Below are positions 18,486-27,852 of a stretch of 55,617 nucleotides of DNA, piece after piece. The position numbers and the translations under genes are program-made. The notes beneath the pieces were generated by a model. That model saw only the letters and a program-made list of their open reading frames with translations. It ran no database searches and was not told the origin of the DNA. Positions within the stretch are counted from its first letter, which is position 1, and every line of letters begins with the position of its first letter. The DNA is from Promethearchaeota archaeon (GTDB taxonomy: Archaea; Asgardarchaeota; Lokiarchaeia; Sigyniarchaeales; SOKP01). Where the stretch lies: positions 25,277 to 80,893 of the forward strand of contig JBHLMP010000011.1 in the NCBI GenBank assembly GCA_048938025.1, written 5' to 3'.

Positions 18486-19374
18486 TTTGCTTTAAATTTT
18501 TCATTAACTCTTCTGCTTTTTTTAGGTCATCTTCTGTAATCTGTAGGTATTCCATAAGCCTTTTCTTAAAGATCTTCCTTAGCGGCGCTCCAAAATAATA
18601 ATTATTTCCTTTCAAAACATTATATTTTGTTGCTCCTGTCATTGGTAACCACCATGAATTATCTCCAGTATCCACACCAGGACCAAAACAATTAAACCCA
18701 GCAGACGTAACATTATTCCCAATTTTTACTTTAGCAAATGAAATATTACCAAAAATACCATCTACAGCGTGAGAACTAATAGCTGGATTTGTGCCAATGT
18801 ATGAATTTTTTCCAACTTCTATAAATCGATCTCCAGCAAGTTGTTCCTCAATAACAGATCCTTTCCCTATTTTATTAGTACCTACAAAATTAAACATCCA
18901 TCTTAACAACCATGGAAAAGGACCTCGAGAAAAGGCATTTTTGGGATATTTGATAATAAAACTCCTGAAGTGGTATAAATCCAGAGTCTTACTGGGGATA
19001 TTTCGAGGAATAATTCCTGATTTGGAAGGAGACTTTTTTTCTGAGTAGTTCCAAAACCAACGAGTTATTAGAGCTACAATAAACAAATGTATTAAATAAC
19101 ATATTACGATAACAAATGGTATTGTTATGGAGGCTATAAGAGAAGGTAAATTAGTAAAAATTGACATAAAATTTTTTATTTCCAAGAAATAAGGTAAATA
19201 AAAAAGCATAATAAATATCATAAAAATTATACTTGGGATTAAAAAGGAGCAAAAATAGATAATATAAAATGCTGGTAACCATAAATGCAATTTTAAATTA
19301 ATTTCTTCTTTAATAATAGTATTTTCAGAAGGCTCTTTTTGGGCCAAACTTTTTGATTCCAACTTTTTTCCCAT
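18463..19374 (-). CDS. Membrane LbH module M1 (locus C); probably the 5' half of a frameshifted M1+M2 gene
   Basis: Matches the first half of the paralogs (SPSKSGIIPRN, SSHAVDGIFGNISF, PLRKIFK). Confidence 0.78.
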   Translation of the reverse strand: MGKKLESKSLAQKEPSENTIIKEEINLKLHLWLPAFYIIYFCSFLIPSIIFMIFIMLFYLPYFLEIKNFMSIFTNLPSLIASITIPFVIVICYLIHLFIVALITRWFWNYSEKKSPSKSGIIPRNIPSKTLDLYHFRSFIIKYPKNAFSRGPFPWLLRWMFNFVGTNKIGKGSVIEEQLAGDRFIEVGKNSYIGTNPAISSHAVDGIFGNISFAKVKIGNNVTSAGFNCFGPGVDTGDNSWWLPMTGATKYNVLKGNNYYFGAPLRKIFKKRLMEYLQITEDDLKKAEELMKNLKQNEKKKIN

Positions 19375-19539
19375 TAATGGTATGTGTTTCTTTTTCCAGT
19401 GCTTTTCTTATATGTTTCTTGATCATATACTCTTGCATATTTAAAAATTTTCAGATTAAAAATCATAGGATAAGTGGAAAAAAAATAAATATTAATTATA
19501 GTAAAGAATGTAATAGATATTTATAAACAAAAAAAAGAG

Positions 19540-20352
19540 ATGAAAAGATCGATGGATTATATTAGTCAAATAATAGATGATATTAAGGAGGAACTCGCTA
19601 GCCCAGAACCATCTAGTACTCGCATTATAACCCATTTAATTGATTTACGGACTAAAAAGAAATTTCAGCAACTTTCTGAATCTCAATTTTTCGATATTGT
19701 AGGAGAAACTTTCAAAATGAATCCCGATTTTTTTATGAAAGAACTTTATAATCCTTTTTGGAGTAAAATGGGTAAAATTTATGGAGATAAAAATTTAGCG
19801 GAGATGGAAAGATATATTATAGAAAAGTTTTGTTTATATGAGGAAGAACAAATACTTTATGAATGTAAAGGGAATATAAAGCTAACCGAAGTAATAACAC
19901 AGAACTCAGGAAAATGGACTTCTCAGCCACTTAAAATTTCAATAAATTCCGGGGACCTTTTTTTTACAAATTACAGAATAATTGCTCATGGTATATTTAA
20001 AATAAGTGGTGGCCAAAAAGTAAACTCTTTTTGGGATTATATTCCTTTAATAGAAGATTTAGTAGATCATTTTACCTACTTCCCATTTTCGGGTAGATCC
20101 AGACGGGCTAAAGAAAAAAAACACATTATTGATGGTTCTATATATCAAGAATTACCTTGTTATGGATATCAATTCCCAATTAAAAATCATACTGGATTAA
20201 GTAAGAACGATCTGTCATACAGTGTCAGGTATCATTTTAAGATCGATAATCGCAGATGTATTTTTAGTATAAAGGCTCCTAAATCTTCAAATAAAGAAAA
20301 ATCTGTCATCATTATGCATGATATTTTCGATATTTTAAGCAAGGTAAAATAA
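19540..20352 (+). CDS. Hypothetical protein, possible PH/GRAM-like domain
   Basis: 270-aa ORF; EQILYEC...GDLFFTNYRII resembles the GRAM/PH strand pattern. Confidence 0.6.
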   Translation: MKRSMDYISQIIDDIKEELASPEPSSTRIITHLIDLRTKKKFQQLSESQFFDIVGETFKMNPDFFMKELYNPFWSKMGKIYGDKNLAEMERYIIEKFCLYEEEQILYECKGNIKLTEVITQNSGKWTSQPLKISINSGDLFFTNYRIIAHGIFKISGGQKVNSFWDYIPLIEDLVDHFTYFPFSGRSRRAKEKKHIIDGSIYQELPCYGYQFPIKNHTGLSKNDLSYSVRYHFKIDNRRCIFSIKAPKSSNKEKSVIIMHDIFDILSKVK

Positions 20353-20363
20353 ATGAAAAAAAA

Positions 20364-21200
20364 TTAACCTTTTTTTTTTGGAAACCATGGAATAAAAGTG
20401 CTGGTTCTTCTTTTATATTGAGCAAATTCATCGTCTCCTTCATGAATTTTGTTTAGCAGTCGTACTCCTGATACATTTATTATTTGGAAAGTAATATAGG
20501 CAGGTGCAAAAATAGTGATAAATCCCCAGGGTACTCCTAAAGCAATGATAAAAATTCCCCACCACATTGTTGTCTCCCCGAAATAATTGGGATGTTGCGT
20601 ATATTTCCATAAACCTTCGTCCATTACTTTTTTGGTTCTGTTAGGATTGTTTAGGAATTTATAGAGTTGATAATCTCCGACTGTTTCAAAATAAAATCCT
20701 ATAATCCATATTAGGGTACCAATCCATAATGTTAATCCTGTGAGATCTAATAAATTATCAACTTGAGGACTTTCAATGATATTAATCCATAATACGGAAA
20801 AAGCAACAATGAAAACGACTAATCCTTGGAACAAATATATTTTAGTTAAACTCTTAAGAGCTACACTTTTACCACTTTCTTTCCATCGTTCTCTCATTGC
20901 AGCATAACGCCGATCTTCTGGTTTTCCTCGATTTCTAATAAATACATAAGTACTAAGCCTTATCGCCCATAATAAAACTAATATTGTTACAATTAACTGG
21001 CGAATTAAAAAAGTCTCATTTAAAACAGAATAGAAGTATAAGCTTGTAAAGGCGACTACAAAATAAGCAGGTCCATAAAAAATATCCATTATTGCATTAT
21101 TTTTTTTAATTGTACCAACAAGAAAAGCCACAAGAATGTAAATAAAAAGCGCTAACGCCGCATAGCCAACTAATAATAACGAATTGTTAATAAAAATCAT
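20364..21200 (-). CDS. DUF1295 / steroid 5-alpha-reductase-like membrane protein
   Basis: EDRRY, FETVGDYQL, GLWKYTQHPNYFGE. Confidence 0.92.
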   Translation of the reverse strand: MIFINNSLLLVGYAALALFIYILVAFLVGTIKKNNAIMDIFYGPAYFVVAFTSLYFYSVLNETFLIRQLIVTILVLLWAIRLSTYVFIRNRGKPEDRRYAAMRERWKESGKSVALKSLTKIYLFQGLVVFIVAFSVLWINIIESPQVDNLLDLTGLTLWIGTLIWIIGFYFETVGDYQLYKFLNNPNRTKKVMDEGLWKYTQHPNYFGETTMWWGIFIIALGVPWGFITIFAPAYITFQIINVSGVRLLNKIHEGDDEFAQYKRRTSTFIPWFPKKKG

Positions 21201-21658
21201 ATTTATTTCTCTCTAAACTAAAAAATATGTTTTAATTTTATTATAATAATTGATAAACGATTTTCCCCCATTTAAATTTTTTATTTATTTTTTATTAATT
21301 GAATTTGACTTTATGTAAAAATTAGAAAACATCTAATCAGTTTTTTCTTTAAATGTATTGAAAATATGTATAATATGTATCTTAACGACAATATTTCGAC
21401 AAAAAATAAAGAAAAACTTATTCCAAATAAACGTTAAAAATTTATTTTAAAATTAACGTTAATATCATAGATTCTAAAAAACATTTAATTAAAGAATTAA
21501 AAGAGGTTAATCAATCGATTAATAAAGTTCAAGCATTAATTTTATATTGTATAAAATCATTAAGTTATAGGTAGGTTAAGGCAATTTAAATTCTACTTTA
21601 ATAGTTTAAGCCGACTAAATCTAAATTATAAATAAGCTCATAATATTGGAGGAAAATA

Positions 21659-23899
21659 ATGACCAATAATTCATTCTCATTAACAGATTTGTACCCAAAA
21701 TATGTGATAAATTCAAAAGGCGAAAAGAAGAAATTCGATGAGAGTAATATCGCTAAAGTGTTAAACAAAGAGACAGGATTGGACATGCACATTGCAGAAA
21801 AAGTAGCTGAAGACGCAATAAGAAAAATAATAGGTCTTGGAATGGACGAGATTACGACTAATTATATTAGAGAATTAGTTTGTGTAGAATTAACGCAACG
21901 CGGTCTAAATAAATATAGAAATTTATTTGCGAGAGCTATTAATTTGGAAAGCGTTGGATTCAAACTTGATGAAGAATTTATTAATAATTATAAAGGAAAG
22001 CAACCAGAATGGGGGCCTTTGGGATATATTACATATAAAAGAACATATGCTAGAATAATTGAAGATAAAAACAGAAAAGAGGAATTTTGGGAAACTATTA
22101 GGCGAGTTGTGGAAGGATGTTATTCAGTTCAAAAAGAACATTGCTTAAAATTAAGTTTACCCTGGTCTGACTCAAAAGCTCAACGATCAGCTAGAACTAT
22201 GTTTGAAAAGATATGGAATTTCAAATTTTTACCACCGGGTCGAGGATTATGGATGATGGGTACAAGTTTTGTATGGAAAAATGGATCAATGTCTCTTAAT
22301 AATTGCGGTTTCGCATCTACAGAGGATATTGCTTTAAAACATTCAAAAGCATTTGAGTTTGTAATGGATGCCTTAATGCTTGGTGTGGGAGTAGGTTTTG
22401 ATACTAAAGGGGCAGATAAAATTACAATTAAAAAACCTAAAGAAGGAAATTTTGAGTTCCAAATCCCTGACAGTAGAGAAGGATGGGTAGAATCTTTAAA
22501 ATTAATGTTAGAAGCTTATTTCTTAGGAAAGCAAGTACCGATATTTGACTTTAGCTTAATCAGACCTGCTGGTGACCCTATACGAGGTTTTGGGGGGGTT
22601 GCTAGCGGACCAGGGCCATTAAAAGCAATGTTAGAGGAAGTTCAAAAAATATTACAATTGAGAATAGATCAAAAAATAACATCTGTTGATATTGTAGATA
22701 TCATGAACCACATAGGAAAATGCGTTGTTGCTGGAAATGTACGTAGGAGCGCTGAAATCGCCCTAGGTGATCCTGCTGATCTTGATTTTGTAACATGTAA
22801 GCAAGATGAAAAAGCACTATATTCTCATAGATGGGCAAGTAATAATTCTGTTTTTGCTGTTAGGGGATTGGATTATTCATTTATAGCCAATCAGATTGCT
22901 GTTAATGGAGAACCTGGAGTTTTTTGGCTTGAAAATGCTAAAAATTATGGAAGAATGGGAGATCCACCAAATTACAAAGATAAGAAAGCAGCAGGAGTAA
23001 ATCCGTGTGGAGAACAAACTTTAGAATCATTTGAATTATGCTGTCTTGTTGAAACATTTCCTTCAAGGCATGAGACATATGAGGAATATCAAGAAACGTT
23101 AAAATATGCCTATTTATATTCTAAATCAGTTACCCTTGTTAACACTCATTGGCAAGAAACTAATGCTGTGATGTTAAAAAATAGACGAATGGGTATTTCA
23201 CAAACTGGAATAATCGAAGCATTTGTAAGACATGGAAGAAGAAAAATAATAGAATGGTGTGGTAGAGCATATAATTATTTACAAGAGTTAGATGAACAAT
23301 ATTCGGGATGGCTTTGTATACCACGCTCGATTAAAATAACAACGGTAAAACCTAGTGGGACTGTTAGTCTTCTTCCAGGAGTACCTCCTGGGATTCATTA
23401 TCCCCATTCAGAATATTATATAAGAAGAATTCGTCTTTCTAAAAATTCTGATCTTATTGAACCTATTCGAAATGCTGGATATAAAATTGAAGATGATTCA
23501 TATTCTCCTAATACATTGGTTGCTGAATTTCCTATTCATGAAAAGTATTTTGATAGGTCAAAAAATGAAGTTTCTATATGGGAACAGGCAGAAAATGCAG
23601 CTGCTTATCAAAAATATTGGTCGGATAATCAAGTATCAATAACGATTACATTTAAAGAAGAAGAGGCAGATCAAATTAAACATGTTCTTGAATGTTACGA
23701 AGATAAATTAAAAAGCGTCAGTTTTTTACCAATTAAGGAACATGGATATAAGCAAGCACCATATGAAGAAATAACAAAAGAAAGATATGAGGATATAGTA
23801 TCGAACCTCAAGCCTTTAGATTTAGATAACACAAAAGATAGAGCAATTGGAGAAAAGTTTTGTGATAGTGAAGTATGCGAAGTTCGGTTTGATCTTTAA
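21659..23899 (+). CDS. nrdJ: Class II (B12-dependent) ribonucleotide reductase with N-terminal ATP-cone
   Basis: KRTYAR, PPGRGLW, LNNC, GNVRRSA, NPCGEQ, TVKPSGT, C-terminal CDSEVC; ATP-cone-like first ~95 aa. Confidence 0.93.
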   Translation: MTNNSFSLTDLYPKYVINSKGEKKKFDESNIAKVLNKETGLDMHIAEKVAEDAIRKIIGLGMDEITTNYIRELVCVELTQRGLNKYRNLFARAINLESVGFKLDEEFINNYKGKQPEWGPLGYITYKRTYARIIEDKNRKEEFWETIRRVVEGCYSVQKEHCLKLSLPWSDSKAQRSARTMFEKIWNFKFLPPGRGLWMMGTSFVWKNGSMSLNNCGFASTEDIALKHSKAFEFVMDALMLGVGVGFDTKGADKITIKKPKEGNFEFQIPDSREGWVESLKLMLEAYFLGKQVPIFDFSLIRPAGDPIRGFGGVASGPGPLKAMLEEVQKILQLRIDQKITSVDIVDIMNHIGKCVVAGNVRRSAEIALGDPADLDFVTCKQDEKALYSHRWASNNSVFAVRGLDYSFIANQIAVNGEPGVFWLENAKNYGRMGDPPNYKDKKAAGVNPCGEQTLESFELCCLVETFPSRHETYEEYQETLKYAYLYSKSVTLVNTHWQETNAVMLKNRRMGISQTGIIEAFVRHGRRKIIEWCGRAYNYLQELDEQYSGWLCIPRSIKITTVKPSGTVSLLPGVPPGIHYPHSEYYIRRIRLSKNSDLIEPIRNAGYKIEDDSYSPNTLVAEFPIHEKYFDRSKNEVSIWEQAENAAAYQKYWSDNQVSITITFKEEEADQIKHVLECYEDKLKSVSFLPIKEHGYKQAPYEEITKERYEDIVSNLKPLDLDNTKDRAIGEKFCDSEVCEVRFDL

Positions 23900-23922
23900 A
23901 ATTTATTTTTTTATGCATTAAT

Positions 23923-25041
23923 TTAACTTTTCTCAGCTCGAGCTAATTCTGCTTTTTTGTCCATAATTGCTAAATAGGTATTATATGAATTCTTAGGTGG
24001 AATTGTTTCTTGCTCTTTTTTACGAAGAGATATTGCTTCTGACGTACATGTTGGTACACAAACACCGCACCCTATGCATCTTGCTTTATTTATATGGGAT
24101 ATATTATTTTCTAGCGTTATGGCGTCCATATTACAACGTTCTTCACAGATGCCACAACCTGTACATAAATCTTCGTCTACTTCAGCATAATAATTAGATG
24201 CAAATAATTGAGCGGGTTCTGCTAATCTTTTTTGATTTACAAGGACTTCGCAACAACAACCGCAACATGTGCAAATGCTTCGTGGTCGCTGAGAGTTTGC
24301 GGGTTGTATAACTAAGCCATCTTCTTCAGCTTTTTTTAAAATTTTTAGCGCTTCTTCTTTTGAAATTTCTTTGCCTAAACCTCTCTCTATATACATCTCT
24401 GCAGCTGTCCTGAAGGAAAAACATGACTCTCGAAGATTCGTTTTCTTACATGACTCTCCAATAAGGTCTTTACTCTTTCTACAGACACATTCAGCTAAGG
24501 ATATTGGACCATCAATATTCTCAATAATCGCTCTTAAATCATCATAAGTAGAAATAGATTGTTCATATTCAAAGCTTTGTTCTATTGGTATAGTACGTAT
24601 TTGCGGAATCCCAGATTTGTTGAATTCTTTATCCCAAAATGCTTCTTCAAAATATTTGTATATATCTTTAACAAAATCTTCTGTCAATCGATTTAATTGA
24701 TATTCAAACATCCCAACTACTATTGGTGCAGATGCATAATATTTTACTTCTACATCACCTTCTTTTCTTTTTCCCATATTAATAGCGCCTTTTTGATACA
24801 TCTCATCTAACTTCCGTTCAAGTTCTTCTATTGAAATACCCCTTTTTTTCACTCTTCTATAAATTACTTTTAATGGCTCAGGTTGAAAATTAAGGTTTGT
24901 CGCAATTTTCGCTTCATCTGGAGTAAAAAGATGAGATAAAATACGTAATTCTACTCCAGATTCCGTTGTAGGATATCCAACTGGCATCTTATCGAGATGC
25001 TGCTGCAATTCTCTATAAACATCTAAATTTTCTTGATTCAT
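23923..25041 (-). CDS. 4Fe-4S dicluster protein with N-terminal HTH-like region
   Basis: CVCR, CTCCGCCC, and two ferredoxin motifs (CTGCGICEERC, CIGCGVCVPTC). Confidence 0.85.
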   Translation of the reverse strand: MNQENLDVYRELQQHLDKMPVGYPTTESGVELRILSHLFTPDEAKIATNLNFQPEPLKVIYRRVKKRGISIEELERKLDEMYQKGAINMGKRKEGDVEVKYYASAPIVVGMFEYQLNRLTEDFVKDIYKYFEEAFWDKEFNKSGIPQIRTIPIEQSFEYEQSISTYDDLRAIIENIDGPISLAECVCRKSKDLIGESCKKTNLRESCFSFRTAAEMYIERGLGKEISKEEALKILKKAEEDGLVIQPANSQRPRSICTCCGCCCEVLVNQKRLAEPAQLFASNYYAEVDEDLCTGCGICEERCNMDAITLENNISHINKARCIGCGVCVPTCTSEAISLRKKEQETIPPKNSYNTYLAIMDKKAELARAEKS

Positions 25042-25324
25042 AATAAATACTTATATTTTTTTCAAAATAAAATTAATTAAAAGGATATTTTATCTATATA
25101 AATATCAATTCTGGTAATTATTTTCACTTTTTCATTTTTTTATTCTCATTCTAAATATAATACATACTATTCTAGGTTCTTAACTTAAAGTTGAACTAAA
25201 TTTAGCTTATGGTATAAGGAATTACCTTTTTTAAAAAAAAAGCTTTTTCTCATTTAGATTTTGAATTTTATAAGGGTTAATCAATAAAAGATTAAAGTAA
25301 AAATTATATAGTATCCAAAAGAAA

Positions 25325-25343
25325 ATTACATTAACAATGTAAT
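25325..25343. promoter_or_regulatory. Inverted repeat ATTACATT-aac-AATGTAAT upstream of the 25381 gene
   Basis: Perfect 8-bp arms about 40-55 nt before the start codon. AT-rich background lowers significance. Confidence 0.25.
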
Positions 25344-25380
25344 ATTTTAATAATCAAAAAATTGAAAAATGTGATAATTC

Positions 25381-26247
25381 ATGGCAAAAAAAAAAGAAGA
25401 GCCAAAATCAGAAAAAACAAAAAAAGCCGAAACTAAACCAAAAGAACCCCCAAAACCAAAAAGAATCGTACATAAAAAGGTTAAAGTTAATTTTTGGAGG
25501 ACTAGATTACATGATGAAGAATTAGGAATCCACCAACAACTTAAATATCAAGCAAAAACGCGTTATTTCTCTAAAAACTTTGATATTGAAGGTCTTGTCG
25601 AATTTGATGGAGAAAAGAAATATATTATTGCCTTTAGCAAGGATGACTGGGAAGAAAATCCAACAATGGAGAAAAGACTTGTTTGTCGACTTTTTACTAT
25701 AATGGAGGAATCAATGGATGCCACTCCGAAAGGGGGAAATTTTAAGGCCGGTTTAGAACTCAGCGTTACTCACTCATTAATTCAAAGTTATGAAATTAAA
25801 CATCCAGCACCAGTCTTTTTTCTGCAGTTACCTGGTACTCTTGCATTAGTTCGCGTAGTTAGGGGGTGGAGAATTGTTGGAACAAGATGGACCTATCCAT
25901 TACTTCCAGAAGAATCAGGGGACAAGTTACAGATAATAATGGCCAAAGGAATTGTAGGACCTGGGAGAAATTATTGGATTTATCTCGGGAACAAAAAGAT
26001 AGCTAGAATTGATGGACAAGTAGTACAAAAGAATTTTGAAATCGAAATTTATGATGAGACTTATGCAAAAGATAAGTCATTTGTAATGTATCTTACTTTA
26101 TTTGGATGCGTTTGTAATTTTATGAAAGGCGCTGAAAAAATGATTAAAGAATTATATAAAAAGATGAAGAATACAGCAACTTCAGATTATAAACCACCAA
26201 AACAAGAAATAGATCTGTTCAAAAACCCAAGAATGATGAGACGTTAG
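25381..26247 (+). CDS. Hypothetical protein, possible Tubby/LURP-one-like fold
   Basis: Lys/Glu/Pro-rich N-terminus; beta-rich core ending YWIYLGNKKIARIDG...FEIEIYD plus a hydrophobic helix. Confidence 0.6.
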   Translation: MAKKKEEPKSEKTKKAETKPKEPPKPKRIVHKKVKVNFWRTRLHDEELGIHQQLKYQAKTRYFSKNFDIEGLVEFDGEKKYIIAFSKDDWEENPTMEKRLVCRLFTIMEESMDATPKGGNFKAGLELSVTHSLIQSYEIKHPAPVFFLQLPGTLALVRVVRGWRIVGTRWTYPLLPEESGDKLQIIMAKGIVGPGRNYWIYLGNKKIARIDGQVVQKNFEIEIYDETYAKDKSFVMYLTLFGCVCNFMKGAEKMIKELYKKMKNTATSDYKPPKQEIDLFKNPRMMRR

Positions 26248-26343
26248 AACAAACATTTTGAAATCTTAACACTATAAAAATATATATATTAAAATTCTTT
26301 AAAAAAAAATATAAAAATTACTTTTTATTTATTATTTTTTAAT

Positions 26344-27111
26344 TTAAGCTTTAAGCTTGTTTTTCCATTCTTGGTATCCTCGTGTCTCCTTGCCTCTATA
26401 GATTGCTTTTTGTCCAGTTTCTTTCTTATATATGTCTCTTAATGTTCTTTCATCAGAATTCTTTATCGCGTCCTTTTTAATCTGTTCTTCTATCTCAATT
26501 TCTTCTTCTATTTCTTTAACGTGTCTTAGAACCCAGAAAACACCATGATTCCAAATAAAAAATCCTAAAAAGATCATAGCAACAATAATAAAAAGAATCG
26601 CCCCTACCCACATAATCCACATTCCAGCTGTAAACTCATCTACCATAAAGCCCCAAACTTTTTTTACAAGTGTAAGAAATGTGGTCGGGAGCAACCCGAT
26701 AATAAGACTTATAATTGTTATATATAGCCCCATCAGAGCGACTCCTACAAGCATTCGCAACCCGTAATAATCTTGCCATTTACTTGCAATTGCTCGATCC
26801 TTAAACATAAATCCGCATAAACGTACCATTCCTCCACGGAAGAGAGTATAAAAGAGAACTAATAAGAATAAATGACCAGTAACTGCTCCAGCAATGATAG
26901 CAATCTGATACCCAAGATCATATCCTACAAAGGTATCCCACGCACCACCTTCGAATAAAAATCCTATAATTACTCCCCATACACCTAATACTAATACTAC
27001 AGTGGCAAGTATAAGTCCATAATAAACGATTTTTGCAAATCTTAAATCCCAAGTACTATATGCATCTAGCGGGTCTTCTCTATCAGGTGCTTTTCTAGCT
27101 GCTCTTGGCAT
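26344..27111 (-). CDS. Hypothetical 4-TM membrane protein with acidic coiled C-terminus
   Basis: Hydrophobic segments; KEIEEEIEIEEQ tail. Confidence 0.75.
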   Translation of the reverse strand: MPRAARKAPDREDPLDAYSTWDLRFAKIVYYGLILATVVLVLGVWGVIIGFLFEGGAWDTFVGYDLGYQIAIIAGAVTGHLFLLVLFYTLFRGGMVRLCGFMFKDRAIASKWQDYYGLRMLVGVALMGLYITIISLIIGLLPTTFLTLVKKVWGFMVDEFTAGMWIMWVGAILFIIVAMIFLGFFIWNHGVFWVLRHVKEIEEEIEIEEQIKKDAIKNSDERTLRDIYKKETGQKAIYRGKETRGYQEWKNKLKA

Positions 27112-27248
27112 AGTTTTCTCATCTACTAATAATATTTTTTTTTAGGTTTTCAAATTTCTATAATTTAATATTTAGTTATACTCTTATTTATTTTTAATAG
27201 TTTATTGATATTTAGAAAATATTTTACATTTAATGCACTTTTGAAAAG

Positions 27249-27725
27249 TTAAAACTTTCGTGCCGATTGGCAATATGGACAGGTGGGAAAATCTTCTTCT
27301 AATTCTTCTCCACAGAATGAACAATAAATTTTTTCTTTTTCTACTTCTTCTTCTTTTTTCTTTTTATCAGGTTTCTTTTTTGCCGGTTTTTTCTTGACAG
27401 GCTCCATTTTAACGACTTCTTCTTCTGGGCCTTTCTCTTCTTCTACTTTTTCAAGTACCCTCTCTTTTGGGGTCATGGCTTCACGTTTCTTTTCTGGCTT
27501 TTCAAAGGGTTTATCAGAATATGTTAATTTTGAAAAGCAATCTGAGCAATAAATTTTAGGTCTATAAGCAAGATAAATTAGATATGCAATTCCTGCAATA
27601 CCAAGTGTAATAACGGCACATATTATCCATACTGTTTTTGCCATGCTACTTAATGGTTTTCTACTTGCTTGCTCGACTTCTTTCTTACATACCTCACAAT
27701 ATGCATATTTGATTTTTTTTGGCAT
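27249..27725 (-). CDS. LITAF-like zinc-ribbon membrane protein with C-terminal zinc ribbon
   Basis: CEVC - hydrophobic stretch - CSDC; C-terminal CSFC...CPYC. Confidence 0.7.
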   Translation of the reverse strand: MPKKIKYAYCEVCKKEVEQASRKPLSSMAKTVWIICAVITLGIAGIAYLIYLAYRPKIYCSDCFSKLTYSDKPFEKPEKKREAMTPKERVLEKVEEEKGPEEEVVKMEPVKKKPAKKKPDKKKKEEEVEKEKIYCSFCGEELEEDFPTCPYCQSARKF

Positions 27726-27852
27726 TTTTCCCCATCATTTAACATTTAAAATGTGCTTTTTTTATACTAGATTATATTAATTAAAAAAAGTTTTTAATAC
27801 CTAATAATCAAGTTCTTTTAATAAATGTTATATAATTTTATATGAATTAATC

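Noticed and set aside
21430-21463. AACGTT-containing palindromes upstream of nrdJ
   Set aside because: Mostly A/T in an extremely AT-rich spacer; could be chance and matches no operator I can name.
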